From the NCBI GenBank assembly GCA_918797485.1, contig CAKKNE010000002.1, positions 1,426,001-1,490,000 of the forward strand: DNA of 64,000 nt, given 5' to 3'. The DNA comes from Pelagomonas calceolata (taxonomy: Eukaryota). The notes under the pieces were generated by a model, which worked only from the letters and a program-made list of their open reading frames with translations, was not told the origin of the DNA and did not search any database. Below are positions 42,923 through 53,427 of the stretch, piece after piece (within the stretch, counting starts at the first letter, position 1; every line of letters begins with the position of its first letter). The position numbers and the translations under genes are program-made.

Positions 42923-43708
42923 ATGCCCGAGGACGCCAGCTGCAGCCGCGCAAAGTCGCGGGTCGCGCGCGCCCTGCTGCGTAAGCGCGGCATCCTAGGC
43001 GCGGCGATGCCGGCGACGTGTCCGCTCCACGCCGACCTCTACGGCGACCAGGAGCAGCACAAGCGCGCGCTCCGCCGGTCGCTCTACAAGTGCGCGTACT
43101 GCGGCAAGACCTTCTCGAGCGAGGACTGGCTCGACCGGCACTTCGACCGCAAGCACGCGGACACGCTCGCCGCGGACGGCTTCTGCCTCGGCGACCTGTG
43201 CGACGTGCTCGACTGCGCGGCGGCGCCGCGCCTCGCGCGCACGCGGCCGAGCTACTACGACGACGACGACGGCGCGCGCGATGACGACGGTTACCGCGGG
43301 TCGCGGCGGCGGCGGCGCTACGACGACGACGGCGACGACGACCGGCCGGGCCGCGCGGCGGTGAAGCGCGCGTCGGCCCTCGCGACGCCCTGCGACGCTG
43401 ATTCCCTGGCGGCCGGCCGCGCGAGGTGCAAGGCGGCGCTCGCGGCCTGCTCGCTGGCGGCCGACGCCGACGCGCTCTGCGACGCGCGCTGCGTGAACGG
43501 AAGGGTGCTCGTCGCGCCGACCGTCGACGCCGGTCCCGCGGTGGCGGCCGCTCCGGCCGCGGGCAGCCCGCGGCTGTACGGCGCCTTCCTCGCCGCCTTC
43601 TACGCGCTCCTCTACTACTGCACGCGCGGCTCGTCGTCGTCGTCGCGCGATGCGCCGCGGAGGCGGTCGTCGCGGGCGCGGCCGCATCGCTATCATCGGC
43701 TCGACTGA
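42923..43708 (+). CDS. C2H2 zinc-finger, Cys-rich protein
   Basis: CSRAKSRVAR, CPLH, YKCAYCGKTFSSEDWLDRHFDRKH, CLGDLCDVLDC and a C-terminal hydrophobic segment. Confidence 0.75.
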   Translation: MPEDASCSRAKSRVARALLRKRGILGAAMPATCPLHADLYGDQEQHKRALRRSLYKCAYCGKTFSSEDWLDRHFDRKHADTLAADGFCLGDLCDVLDCAAAPRLARTRPSYYDDDDGARDDDGYRGSRRRRRYDDDGDDDRPGRAAVKRASALATPCDADSLAAGRARCKAALAACSLAADADALCDARCVNGRVLVAPTVDAGPAVAAAPAAGSPRLYGAFLAAFYALLYYCTRGSSSSSRDAPRRRSSRARPHRYHRLD

Positions 43709-43744
43709 CTAAGATTTTCCAACCAATCACTACGTTGTGAGGCC

Positions 43745-43874
43745 GTCGTGTACCGAGGTACTTATTCTCTCTCTATCATACAGGGCAGCGGCGCGGCGCG
43801 GGGAGGACCGATGATGAACAGCGCTCCGGCGGTCGTCGGCGCCTCCGACGGCCTCGCGGCGTTCAGTCGATCAT
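43745..43874 (-). repeat. Right arm of ~130-bp inverted repeat
   Basis: See 41532-41662. Confidence 0.92.
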
Positions 43875-44555
43875 TGCGGCTGTGAGACGCTTGGTTCAGA
43901 GGGTTTCCGGGGCGCGATGAATGTGTAAGGTGCCGCGCGTGATCCACGCTAATAGTGAAGTGATTACTACCCGGACGCGTGCGTTGTAAGGATGATGAGA
44001 CTGCAATACCTGCACTTCAGGCAAGCCAGTCGGAATCAAAACCCGAGCGATGATGAGTGGGTTGAATTGTTTGTCTTTGCTTTGCAGTCATTTCGACGTC
44101 TACTTACCGATGCCACGCTCCCCGGCGCGGCCAAACGACCGGCGCGGGGCGCGCGGGTCCGTCGCGCGCGAGCCCAGGATGCCGCCTTCGAGACGGGTAT
44201 ATTGACGCGCTCCTACTCGCCACGAGAACCCAACTCACTCGATCGCGTCGCGTCGATGGCGTGGAGGTGGGGCGTCGAAAATCATGATACGCGTCTCGTC
44301 ATGCAAGGATGGCTTGGGTTTCCTTGTCGAATCACGAGAATTATCGCGCATGTCGCGAACCAAAACTCTTCTATAGCGTTGGACGCTGTGAATTTGCCCC
44401 AAACTTTTTTCAGGTGCGTCGTATTCTCAATGTACTCGATAGTTGTGCTTCATGCCAACTAGTAGGTAAGTAACGTAATTTTGCGCCCTCGCCCAGACCG
44501 ATGCTAAGCTCCCCAGCGCGGCCGCGCGACGGGAGAGAACACTACAATTAAACAA

Positions 44556-47500
44556 CTACCGCTTCTTCTTCCCCGACGACGACGACGACAAGCCCTCCGC
44601 GAGCAAAGCGAGGCCGTCGTCCTTCTTCTTCTTCGGCTTCGCAGCTTTCGGCGCGGGAGGAGGCGCCTTGCCCTTGCCGCGACCGCGACCGCGCCCCCGA
44701 CCCGCCCCGCGCCCGCGCCCGCCGTCCTTCTCGAGCAGCGCCTTGCGGAGCCGGACGCCCGACCCGCCGCGGACGGGCACCCTCGCGATCAGGGCGTCGA
44801 CGGCATCGGCGCCCTCTTTCTTGTCGGCGTCGATCGTCGCCGCGAGCTCCGCGAGCGCGGCGTCGTCCACGCCGGCCTTGGCGAAGGGCTCGACGTACTG
44901 CTCGAGCTCGAGGCGCTTCAGGAGCGCCGCGACGCCGCCCCGGCAGCGGCCAGCCGCGCCGCCGCTGGCCGCGGCTTTGCGCTCCTTGCGTTCCATGGCC
45001 TCGGCCCGCGCGAGCGCGTCGGCCCGGGCCGCCGTCGTCGCCGCGCTGTCGTCCCGGTCCTTCTTCCGAGCCAACGCGGCGGCGTCGACGGTCGTCGACG
45101 CCGTCGCCGCGGCGGCAGCGGCGGGCGGCGGGCGCCGCGCGGCGAGGTCTGCCTCGAACGCCGCGACGGCCCGCCGCCCGGCCCGCTTCGCCTCGGCCGC
45201 GGCGGCCGCGGTCGCCGTCGGCCGCGTCCGCCGCGCCTCGAGGCCATGAACCGCGTCCGCTTTCCAGACCGGGCTCCCGCTCGCGTCCTCCTCGACATAC
45301 CAGCCGTCGGGCAGCGCGGACCACGGCGGCCGCCACCTCTCCAGCAACGCCGCGAGGAGCGCCCGGAGGGCCGCGTCGTCGCCGCCGGCGAGGAGCGACC
45401 GGACGCGCGCCCGCAGCGCCCGCACGCGGCCCTCGTCGCCGGGCTCCGCCGCGACGAGCGGCGTCGCGGCGGACGCGAACACGAGCGCCGCGAGCGGGGG
45501 CGCTTCTCCTAACCCGCGCGCCGACGCCTCGGCGGCGCCCGCCGCCGCCCGCACGAGGCCGCCGGTCGCGGCGAGCAGCGCACCGCTCTTGAACGCCGCG
45601 AACCCGCCCGACGGGTGCGGCTTGGCGGCGCGCACCGCGCCGGCCTCGTCGACGAACGCGAGCCGCGGCCGCGCGCCGGCCGCCTCGACGCGCAGGAGCG
45701 GCGGGTCGGCGGCCAGCAGCGCCGCGGCGACGAGCGCGCCGTCGGCCTTCCCCAAGTTCTCGCCGTCGCCGCCCCGCCGTGCCGTTCGCACCGCGAGCGC
45801 CAGCCGCTTCGCCTCGCGCGACACGTCGCGCAGGGCCCGGCCGTCGGCGCACGGCGCCTTCTCCGCCGCGGCCCGCACCACGGCCAACGCGTCGCTCGTC
45901 TTCTCGAGGGCGCGCTTCGCGGTCGCGTCGAGCGGGTCGCGCGGCGCCTCGGCCGCGGCGAGCGCCACGGCGACGGCCTCGCCCACGCCCAGGGCCGCGC
46001 CCGCCAGGAGCGCGCGGCCCGCGGCGGGGTCCGTCGGCAGCGCCGCCAGCGCGGCGCCGAGCGGCGTGAGCGCCTCCGTCTCCTCGTCGAGCGCGCCCAT
46101 TTCCACAAGCTCGCGGACCGCCGCCGCCGCCCTATCTAAGGGCGGCGGCGCGGGGCAGGCCGCGAGCAGCGGCGCGACGGCCCCGCCGAAGAGGCTCTTG
46201 GCCCGTAGCGCCACGCCGCAGAGCGGCAGCGTGGCCATCTCCGGCGGCCGCGCGACCTCGAGCGCGTCCTGCTCCACGGCGCACCAGAGCCGCCAGCACG
46301 TGCCCGCGCGGACGCGGCCCGCGCGGCCCGCGCGCTGCTTCGCCGCGTCCGCCGACACCCGGCCCGTGACGACCCGCCGCGCCGCGCGCGCCGACCAGGC
46401 CTCGCCCACGACCGACCGCGCGAGGCCGCAGTCGATGACGTTCGTGCAGTCCGGGATCGTGACGCTCGCCTCGGCGACGTCCGTCGCGACGACGACCTTC
46501 GTGCGGCCCGCCGGCGCCGCGCGGAAGGCCCTCGCCTGCTCGGCGACGCTCAGGCGGCCGTGCAAGGGCACGACGACGCACTTCGGCTGGCGCTCGAGGG
46601 CCGCGCAGAGCGAGTCGATCTCGCGGACGCCCGGCACGAAGATGAGTATAGCGCCGTCCTCACAACTCAAACGCGCGACGAGCGCCGCGATGAGCGGCTC
46701 GTTGACGCGCGCGCCCAGATCTAATTTACGTAGCACGTCGCCCGCGCGCCCGAGCTCCGCGCGCGCGCCCGCCGCACCGAGGCCCTCGAGCCAGTCGTCG
46801 CCTGTGTGGAAATCAAAATTTTACGGCGCGTTCGTGCTGAATTGTCGCGTCGTCCTCCACGCCATCGACGCGACGCCTGCTCGACGGCGCGGCGATGCCG
46901 GTTTCTCGCCGCTCGACCGAGCCAGGACGGCAGCGCCATCGCCGAGAAATGACTTATGAAGAATTGTCGGGTGCACCCGGCGCACTGGTTGATTTCCACA
47001 CAGATCGTCGCCCGCGCGGCCGCACGCGCCCGCTGGGAACGCGCTCGCCGCCCGCCGCAGCTTTGCCGCGCGAGCCGCAAGCGTCGCCGCGCCGTTCGAC
47101 CCTTCCGCCGCCGCCACTTCTGCCTGCGTCGAAACAAAATGTCACTGCGCCTTCAGCTTGATTTCCACGCAGGCGCTACGGCTTCCTCCGCCTCCGCCGC
47201 CGCGGCCGCGGCCGCGCGCGCGGGCGTCAGGCTCGACGCCTCCGGCCGCGGCGCCGCCCGCGCGCCGGCGCCGCCGATGGCGACGTCGAACGCCGGCAGC
47301 GCGCGCACGGCGTCCTCGAGGAACTTGACGGCCACCGGAAACCTGTGTGGAAATCAAACTTCGGGCGCCCCACGCCATCGACGCGACGATGATCCCATTA
47401 CTGCGTCTGCTCGATGGCTTGGAGGTTCACGAAGGTCTCCGCAATACTTCTCAGGGATAACCTAATTCACTGGTTGATTTCCACACAGCCGAAAACGTCC

Positions 47501-48233
47501 GGCCCGGCACGTCGACGACTGCCGCGTTGCCGCCGAAGTAGTCCTTGAGCGGCGCCGCGTCGACGGTCGCCGACATCAATACAATCTTCGGCTTCGGCGC
47601 CCCCTCAAGCCGCCGCAGGAACAGGAGCAGCAGGTCGCAGTCCGCCGACCGCTCGTGCACCTCGTCCACCACCACATGACTGACGCCCGCGAGCGCGCCG
47701 GGCTCCTGGAGCCGCCTCAGCACTAAACCCGTCGTGCAGTACTCGACCGCCGTCGCCGGCGTGCGCTTCGCCTCGCCGCGCACGCTGTAGCCGACGAGGC
47801 CGCCGACGGGCCGGCCCGTCTCCTCGGCGACGCGCGTCGCCAGCGCCGTCGCGGCGAGGCGCCGCGGCTCGCAGACGACGACGCGCGCGTGGGCGGCGCC
47901 GCGCGCCGCGAGCGCCTCGACGATCAATCGCGGCACCTGCGTGCTCTTGCCGCAGCCCGTCGCGCCCCTCAAAATCGTCACCGCGTGGGAGTCGATCGTG
48001 TCGAGGATGGCCGCGCGGTGCTGGAAGGCCGGCAGCGCCGCCCGCAGCGCGTCGCTTTTGCTCGTCGCGAGCGCGGCGCGCGTCGCGTCGCCGTTCGGCG
48101 GTGGCGAAGGTTTGCTGCTCGTGCGACTCGGCGGCGGCGGCGGGAGCGTCGTTGCGGCCTTGTCCTCCAAGTAGCTATCGATTGCCGCGCGCTCGCGCTT
48201 CGTGAGTTTCAGGAGGGTTGGTGTGGTCATCAT
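44556..48233 (-). CDS. DEAH-box RNA helicase (DHX36/57-like) with C-terminal WW-like and SAM-like segments (introns 47343-47496, ~47124-47179, 46802-47011)
   Basis: GATGCGKSTQ, EPRRLAA, DEVHER, MSAT, spliced PGRTFPV, IFVPG, ATDVAEASVTI and KQRAGRAGR. Also LPDGWYVEEDASG and LLKRLELEQYVEPF. Confidence 0.85.
46802..47003. mobile_element. Introner, ~205-bp subfamily
   Basis: Perfect TIR ends; TSD GTCGTCGC/ATCGTCGC; near-collinear with 56599-56801. Confidence 0.9.
47124..47172. mobile_element. Short degenerate introner
   Basis: CTGCGTCGAAAC...GATTTCCACGCAG; it is needed to join the helicase frames. Confidence 0.65.
47343..47488. mobile_element. Introner
   Basis: TIRs; TSD CCGGAAAC/CCGAAAAC (7/8); related to 17601-17706 in reverse orientation (ACCAGTGA(G/A)TTAGGTTATC end). 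Confidence 0.88.
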
Positions 48234-48427
48234 CGCTGTCCGCGTTTTATGTTGGTACGCTGTCCAGCCTGTGCAGCCTGTGCAGCCTGAGTGTTGACAG
48301 CAGCAGCGGTGCTTAACGTCGACGCGGCGACGCTGTGGCAAAAACTAATGTTGTAAACTGAATCCTATGCAACTTCGACGCGTCTTGACGGCCAATGGGG
48401 CAAGTCTATGAGCCCCTGGGGGGCTTG

Positions 48428-48448
48428 CTAGTGTCTTCATGCCGCTAG
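48428..48448 (-). promoter_or_regulatory. Conserved upstream motif
   Basis: Reverse complement CTAGCGGCATGAAGACACTAG, between divergent helicase and TTLL genes. Confidence 0.65.
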
Positions 48449-48712
48449 CCCAGGGAGACCCTAAAGCACGCGCCACGCGTCCGAGCCCTAGCAAGACGAT
48501 CCGGCGGAGCCCTGCAAGAATTCCCAGAGGCACCGAGAGCCGGAGAAGGTAGTTGGACTCGGCAGCGCCCATCTGGAGCCTGGCTCCGGCCGCCGTCCCT
48601 GGGCCCAGGCGGACGGGAGCCCCCGTCCTGCGACTGTAGACCACACACACAACACCAACCACCACCAACAACCACCCCGGACGTCGTCCGACGAGGCAGC
48701 CCCAGAGACCAG

Positions 48713-50452
48713 ATGCCGGCGGACCTCGCGGCCATCCGCGACGCCGTCGCCGCGCGCAAGGCCATGCTCGCCGAGCAGGACACGGAGCCCTCGGCGACGG
48801 CCAAGGCCGTCGCGCGGTGGTGCGTCAAGCGGCCGGGCCCGAAGCGGGTCTACACCGCTAAGCACACGGGAAACCTCGACTTACTCAGAAGGACCTTAGA
48901 TGAATTGGACGGCTGGCAGGAGGAGAAGAAGGACGGCCAGGGCTACAAATGTCGGTTAGTGTGGGTCGCGAGCGCGGGCGACGGGCCGAAGGAGTTGTTA
49001 AGGCATCAAATGATGAACAAGTTCGAAGGGATGGCGTCGCTGGCCGACAAGGCCGAGACGGAGCGATGCCTGCAGCGTGCTAGAGATGCGGGCGTGCCGG
49101 GTCTAGGACCGGGGGCTGGGTCGTACTTCCCGAGGACGTGGATCCTACCGGCCGGTCGCGCGGATCTGGTGGAGTACTTGAAGAGAAAGCGATTAAAGGG
49201 CTACCAGAAGCACGGTACGATCATCTACAAGCCCGCGAGCGGCATGCAAGGGACTGGGATCATGCTCATCCAGCACGAAGGCAATCTACCGACCGAGTCC
49301 GGTCATGTCGGCCGGAAGGCGGCCGTGGCCCAGGCGTATATACCTCCGTTGTTGTATGATGGCCTGAAGTTCGACCTGAGGTTATATGTGGTCGTGACCT
49401 CAGTAGATCCGTTGGAAGCTTATTTGCATCGCGAGGGCCTCGCGCGCTTCTGCACCGAGCCGTACAAGACGCCCTCGGCCAAGAACTTGCATCGGTGCTA
49501 CGCGCATTTGACGAACTACTCTTTAAATAAGTACAACAAGGAGGGCTACGTGTTAGCTACCGATGACGATTCTTCCAACAAGAGCGAGTCTTCTGACGAT
49601 GGACAGTCATACAAAGGGGCGTCGAAGCGACCGGCGTCGCATGTGATTGATGAACTCGATGTGCGAGGCTTGATCGATGGCGAGGAGTTCTGGGACCGGA
49701 CCGAGGATTTGGCCGCGTGTGTGTTAAGGGCGATGCAGCCGGATCTAGCCTTGCGCTACCGCCGGAACTTCCCGAGAGATAGGGAGAGTCTGAGCGACGC
49801 GGCCGGGCCGAACCGAAGCGCCCCAGATTTAGATGACCGGCGCTGCTTCCACGTCATTGGTCTGGACGTGATGATCGACGAAAAATCACAACCTCGCTTG
49901 ATCGAGGTGAACTCGTCGCCATCCCTGGCGCTGGACCAGGAAGTGGAAGTCCTGAATGAGGAGACGGGCGAGAGTCGCGTGCGGAAGCAGGTGTCGCCAG
50001 TCGACGTCGCGGTGAAGGTGCGCGTCATGCGGTCGGTTTTGCGACTCGTCGGCGACCGAACGCTCGAGGCCGATTTAAGGCCTATCTGCGGCGGCGGACG
50101 AGCGGAAGCGGACGAGTGGACGCTCGTCGATCGGTGTCGAAGGCTCTTCGCCGCGGTGCAGCCAGACACGTCCAAGGGCATGAGCGCGGCGCACTACGTG
50201 CGCTTCTGCAAGAACGCCGGGCTGCTGGAGCTGGGCGCCTTCGCCAAGGCCGACCTCGAGATCATGCATACGCAGCTCTGCGCGCAGCAGGAGTGGCGTG
50301 CCAACGAGCCCGCCCAAAAACTCATGCGCTGGGCGACGTTCGTGCGAGCGCTCCAACAGCTCGCGACGCGCGCGTTCCCGGATCAGGACGTCGGCGCGGC
50401 CTTTGGGCGGCTCCTGGACCACATCCATCGCAACGCCGTAGAAGGCACATAG
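48713..50452 (+). CDS. Tubulin-tyrosine-ligase-like protein (probable polyglutamylase)
   Basis: FPRTWILP, IYKPASGMQGTGI, KFDLRLYVVV, EGLARFCTEPY, HLTNYSLNK, GLDVMID and LIEVNSSPSL. Confidence 0.9.
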   Translation: MPADLAAIRDAVAARKAMLAEQDTEPSATAKAVARWCVKRPGPKRVYTAKHTGNLDLLRRTLDELDGWQEEKKDGQGYKCRLVWVASAGDGPKELLRHQMMNKFEGMASLADKAETERCLQRARDAGVPGLGPGAGSYFPRTWILPAGRADLVEYLKRKRLKGYQKHGTIIYKPASGMQGTGIMLIQHEGNLPTESGHVGRKAAVAQAYIPPLLYDGLKFDLRLYVVVTSVDPLEAYLHREGLARFCTEPYKTPSAKNLHRCYAHLTNYSLNKYNKEGYVLATDDDSSNKSESSDDGQSYKGASKRPASHVIDELDVRGLIDGEEFWDRTEDLAACVLRAMQPDLALRYRRNFPRDRESLSDAAGPNRSAPDLDDRRCFHVIGLDVMIDEKSQPRLIEVNSSPSLALDQEVEVLNEETGESRVRKQVSPVDVAVKVRVMRSVLRLVGDRTLEADLRPICGGGRAEADEWTLVDRCRRLFAAVQPDTSKGMSAAHYVRFCKNAGLLELGAFAKADLEIMHTQLCAQQEWRANEPAQKLMRWATFVRALQQLATRAFPDQDVGAAFGRLLDHIHRNAVEGT

Positions 50453-50481
50453 GTTTTGTACTAATCGTATCGGAAGTTTAG

Positions 50482-50505
50482 CTAGCGGCCCGTAAGACAC
50501 TCTAG
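50482..50505 (+). promoter_or_regulatory. Conserved upstream motif (variant)
   Basis: CTAGCGGCCCGTAAGACACTCTAG upstream of ATG 50691. Confidence 0.55.
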
Positions 50506-50690
50506 ACAGATTCGCAAAGCAAGCACCCGAAAGGCAGCCTTAAAACGACTGCGTGACGGCCAAATTGCTGCCCCCCGACGCCCGCGGCGGAAGGACAGGC
50601 AGTCGGTTCATCGCATCTGCCTTACGGCGCGGCAAAAAGGCAGGAGGAGAAACAGATAGCTCCGCTTTTGGGAAGCACTAAAAGCCATCA

Positions 50691-51740
50691 ATGCGGGACG
50701 TAAAGTTTAGCTGGGGCTGCGTCGGGGCCGGCTCGGCCATCCTCCTCTTCATCGCAGCTCTGGCCAACAATGTGCGGCACGACACGCAAATGGGGGGCGC
50801 CGCCGACGCCGTCGAGAACAACTGCCTCGCCACGACGGACCACACGTGCGCCAGCCGGACGAACCTCGCCGCGAATAAAACCTGCCTCGTGTGCGTGTAC
50901 CAGCCCTGCGACCGGTTCCGCCTGAAGGCCTGCGCGCCGATCGAACCGCTCAAGCTGAAGGAGTGGCGGCACGACGCCCGCAAGGAACTTGACATCGGCG
51001 TTGCGGCGCGGGACTTCAGCCTGACCGGAGGCCCCACGGACCTCCGCACCGGCGCGATCAACGACCTCGTCGTTCTCAAAGCGTCGTGGGCGACGGAGGC
51101 GGTCGCCGCGAAGCGCCGTATTTACGTGGACCTCGGCGCGAATTTGTACGAGTCGTCGATCGGCAACTGGTTCCGGGCGTCCTACCCCGACGCTGGAACG
51201 TACAAGGTCTACGCCTTCGAGGCGGAACACAAGTACGACGACAGCTACGCGGGCCACCCCGACGTGACGCTCTTACATTACGCCGTTTCGACGGCGAACG
51301 GCACGGTGAAATGGGGCAAAATGGAGAAAAAGGGGGGGCGTACTCGCTCAGGGTTCGCCCTCGGGCCGGGCGGGCGGCGGCGCCTCGGATCGGGGCACAA
51401 CCTCGTCGCGGACGGGCGGCGGCGACTCGGGTCGGGGCACAACCTCGTCCAAGATGGCACGCGGCCTGCCATCGACATCGCCGACTGGCTGCGGCGGACC
51501 GTCCGCCCGGACGACTTCGTGGTCGTGAAGATGGACATCGAGGGCGCCGAGTACGACGTCGTGCCGCACCTCCTGCGCGAGAAGGTCGCGGACCTGATCG
51601 ACGAACTGTTCCTGGAGATCCACACGGAGACGAACACGTGCTGCAAGCCGCCGCACGACGCCGGCCGCCACCGGCCCGACGCGATGCGGCTGCTCCAGAG
51701 CCTCCGCGACGCGGGCGTGTACGCGCACGAGTGGTTGTAA
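50691..51740 (+). CDS. FkbM-like SAM-dependent methyltransferase with N-terminal anchor
   Basis: YVDLGAN, VYAFEA, DFVVVKMDIEGAEY and IDELFLEIH. Confidence 0.75.
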   Translation: MRDVKFSWGCVGAGSAILLFIAALANNVRHDTQMGGAADAVENNCLATTDHTCASRTNLAANKTCLVCVYQPCDRFRLKACAPIEPLKLKEWRHDARKELDIGVAARDFSLTGGPTDLRTGAINDLVVLKASWATEAVAAKRRIYVDLGANLYESSIGNWFRASYPDAGTYKVYAFEAEHKYDDSYAGHPDVTLLHYAVSTANGTVKWGKMEKKGGRTRSGFALGPGGRRRLGSGHNLVADGRRRLGSGHNLVQDGTRPAIDIADWLRRTVRPDDFVVVKMDIEGAEYDVVPHLLREKVADLIDELFLEIHTETNTCCKPPHDAGRHRPDAMRLLQSLRDAGVYAHEWL

Positions 51741-51750
51741 CAATTGTATT

Positions 51751-53256
51751 TTACGAATCACAGAGCTCGCACGCGAGCCCGTCACCATCGCACGAATCAC
51801 AAACAAGCAAACGCATGCGGCACCGGTCGCACCGCTCGTCCCCGTAGGCGTCCCAGGCGCGGCCGCAGCGGCGGCAGGCGCCGACAATTGGGGGAGACGC
51901 CTCGCCCGGCGCCCCCACGGCCATGCGGGGATCAAAAACGTAGCAGCGGCCGCGGAAGAAGCCGCCGTTGCCGTACCGCTCCTGGTAGCGGTGGATGCCT
52001 CCGTTTAACTGGCAGAGGTCGCCCGCGACGCCCCGCGACCGCAGGTAGGCCGACGCGCGTTCGCAGCGGACGCCGCCCGTGCAGTACATCAGGATCGTCT
52101 TTGCACTATCTAGGGCGCCGTCGTCGAGGGCCCTTGGTAAATCCGAGAACTGGCGCAGTTTCAGGTCGGCGTCGCGGACGCCGGGGGCCTCGAAGCGGCC
52201 GACCCTCCTTTCATAAACGTTGCGCACGTCGACCAGGACGACGCCGGCGGCGCCGCTCTCGAGCACGGAATGAAACTCGGCGGCGTCGACCTTGCGCGCG
52301 GGCGGCGCGCCGATGGCTTGTTGGTCTACGCCGCCGCAGTCCGAGAACGCGACGACCTCGCGGCACGCCTTCACGGAGAGCGTCCGGAGCTTCTGGAGTT
52401 CCAGGGGCCGCGCGGGGTCGGCCGCGCCCCACTTCCAGTCGACGTCGTCCACGGACACGCCCTGCCCGGCCGCCTGGCGCCGCGTCTCCTGGATATAGGC
52501 CTCGAGGGCCCGGCGCGGCCCACCGAGCGTGCCGTTGATGCCGTCCTCAGCAATACGCAGCCGGCCGCACAGTTGCAGAGCGCTGCAGGTCGCCTCCTGC
52601 GCCGCGCGGAAGGCGTCGCGGTCGCGCCACCGCGCGTACTTGTAGAAGAGGAGGACGGCGTAGTCGTCGTCTTCATCAGACTCGTCGTCGAAGAGCGCCG
52701 CGGCGCCGTCGAGCGCTCCGTCGTCGCCGCGCTCGCACGGTGGTGGCGCCGCGTAGAACATCAGCGACACGCGGACGTTCTGTGCCGCCGTGCCGGCAAT
52801 AATGGCGTCGACGCCGTGCAGCGTCGTCGCGGCGTCGAGCGCGACGGCGTCGCCCGACCGGAGCCGCAGCTTGGCCGCGCCCGCCCGGAAGACGCAGTCT
52901 AGACCGAAGGACAATACGACGAGCGGCTTCGACCGCGTAGGGCTCGCGTCGACGTGGGGCGCCATCGACCCTTTGATACCGTAGGCCACGCACTGCGCCA
53001 GCAGCGGCGCCTCGACGAGCTCGCCGTAGAGCGCCGAGTCCGCCGCCGCCGCCTTTTTGAACGCGGCTCGCGCCGCCGCGACGGCGGCTTGTGGCGGGCC
53101 GTTCGGCAGTGGGACGCGCACGCCCTCATTCGTCGCTTTTACATCGCTGATGTCCAGCGCGGCGAGAATGGCGTGCGCATCAGCCTCAGGGACCAAGTTG
53201 GTGAGGTGCACGACGCCGGATGGCAGCGGTGCCGTGGTCCCGTGGTAGGCCGTCAT
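51751..53256 (-). CDS. Fusion of an AlkB-like 2OG-Fe(II) dioxygenase and a TrhO/TSTD2-like rhodanese-domain protein
   Basis: N-terminal part: MAPHVD, PLVVLSFG, LRSGDAV, LHGV, RVSLMF. C-terminal part: LLFYKY, GRLRIAEDGINGT, DVRNVYE, YCTGGVRCE, QLNGGIHRY, YVFDPR. Confidence 0.8.
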   Translation of the reverse strand: MTAYHGTTAPLPSGVVHLTNLVPEADAHAILAALDISDVKATNEGVRVPLPNGPPQAAVAAARAAFKKAAAADSALYGELVEAPLLAQCVAYGIKGSMAPHVDASPTRSKPLVVLSFGLDCVFRAGAAKLRLRSGDAVALDAATTLHGVDAIIAGTAAQNVRVSLMFYAAPPPCERGDDGALDGAAALFDDESDEDDDYAVLLFYKYARWRDRDAFRAAQEATCSALQLCGRLRIAEDGINGTLGGPRRALEAYIQETRRQAAGQGVSVDDVDWKWGAADPARPLELQKLRTLSVKACREVVAFSDCGGVDQQAIGAPPARKVDAAEFHSVLESGAAGVVLVDVRNVYERRVGRFEAPGVRDADLKLRQFSDLPRALDDGALDSAKTILMYCTGGVRCERASAYLRSRGVAGDLCQLNGGIHRYQERYGNGGFFRGRCYVFDPRMAVGAPGEASPPIVGACRRCGRAWDAYGDERCDRCRMRLLVCDSCDGDGLACELCDS

Positions 53257-53427
53257 TCGTGCGTGTGATTGCGTGTGAGAGTCATCATTCTATGTTGACA
53301 CGGTAAGCGCCAGCATCAATTTGCAGGCTGCAGCCTGCTCCGGCGAGGAGGCTTGCACGGCTCTGCACGCCGCGCATTTATGCGATGAGCCTACGGTAAC
53401 ACGAGCACAAGTTCAAACCAGTGCAAC

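Noticed and set aside
43992..44462. 156-aa ORF right of the inverted repeat as a transposase or recombinase
   Set aside because: No recognisable motifs, non-host codon usage, and it includes an introner-like remnant.
44548..46959. 434-aa and 456-aa alternative-frame ORFs
   Set aside because: Stop-poor frames overlapping the extremely GC-rich helicase gene.
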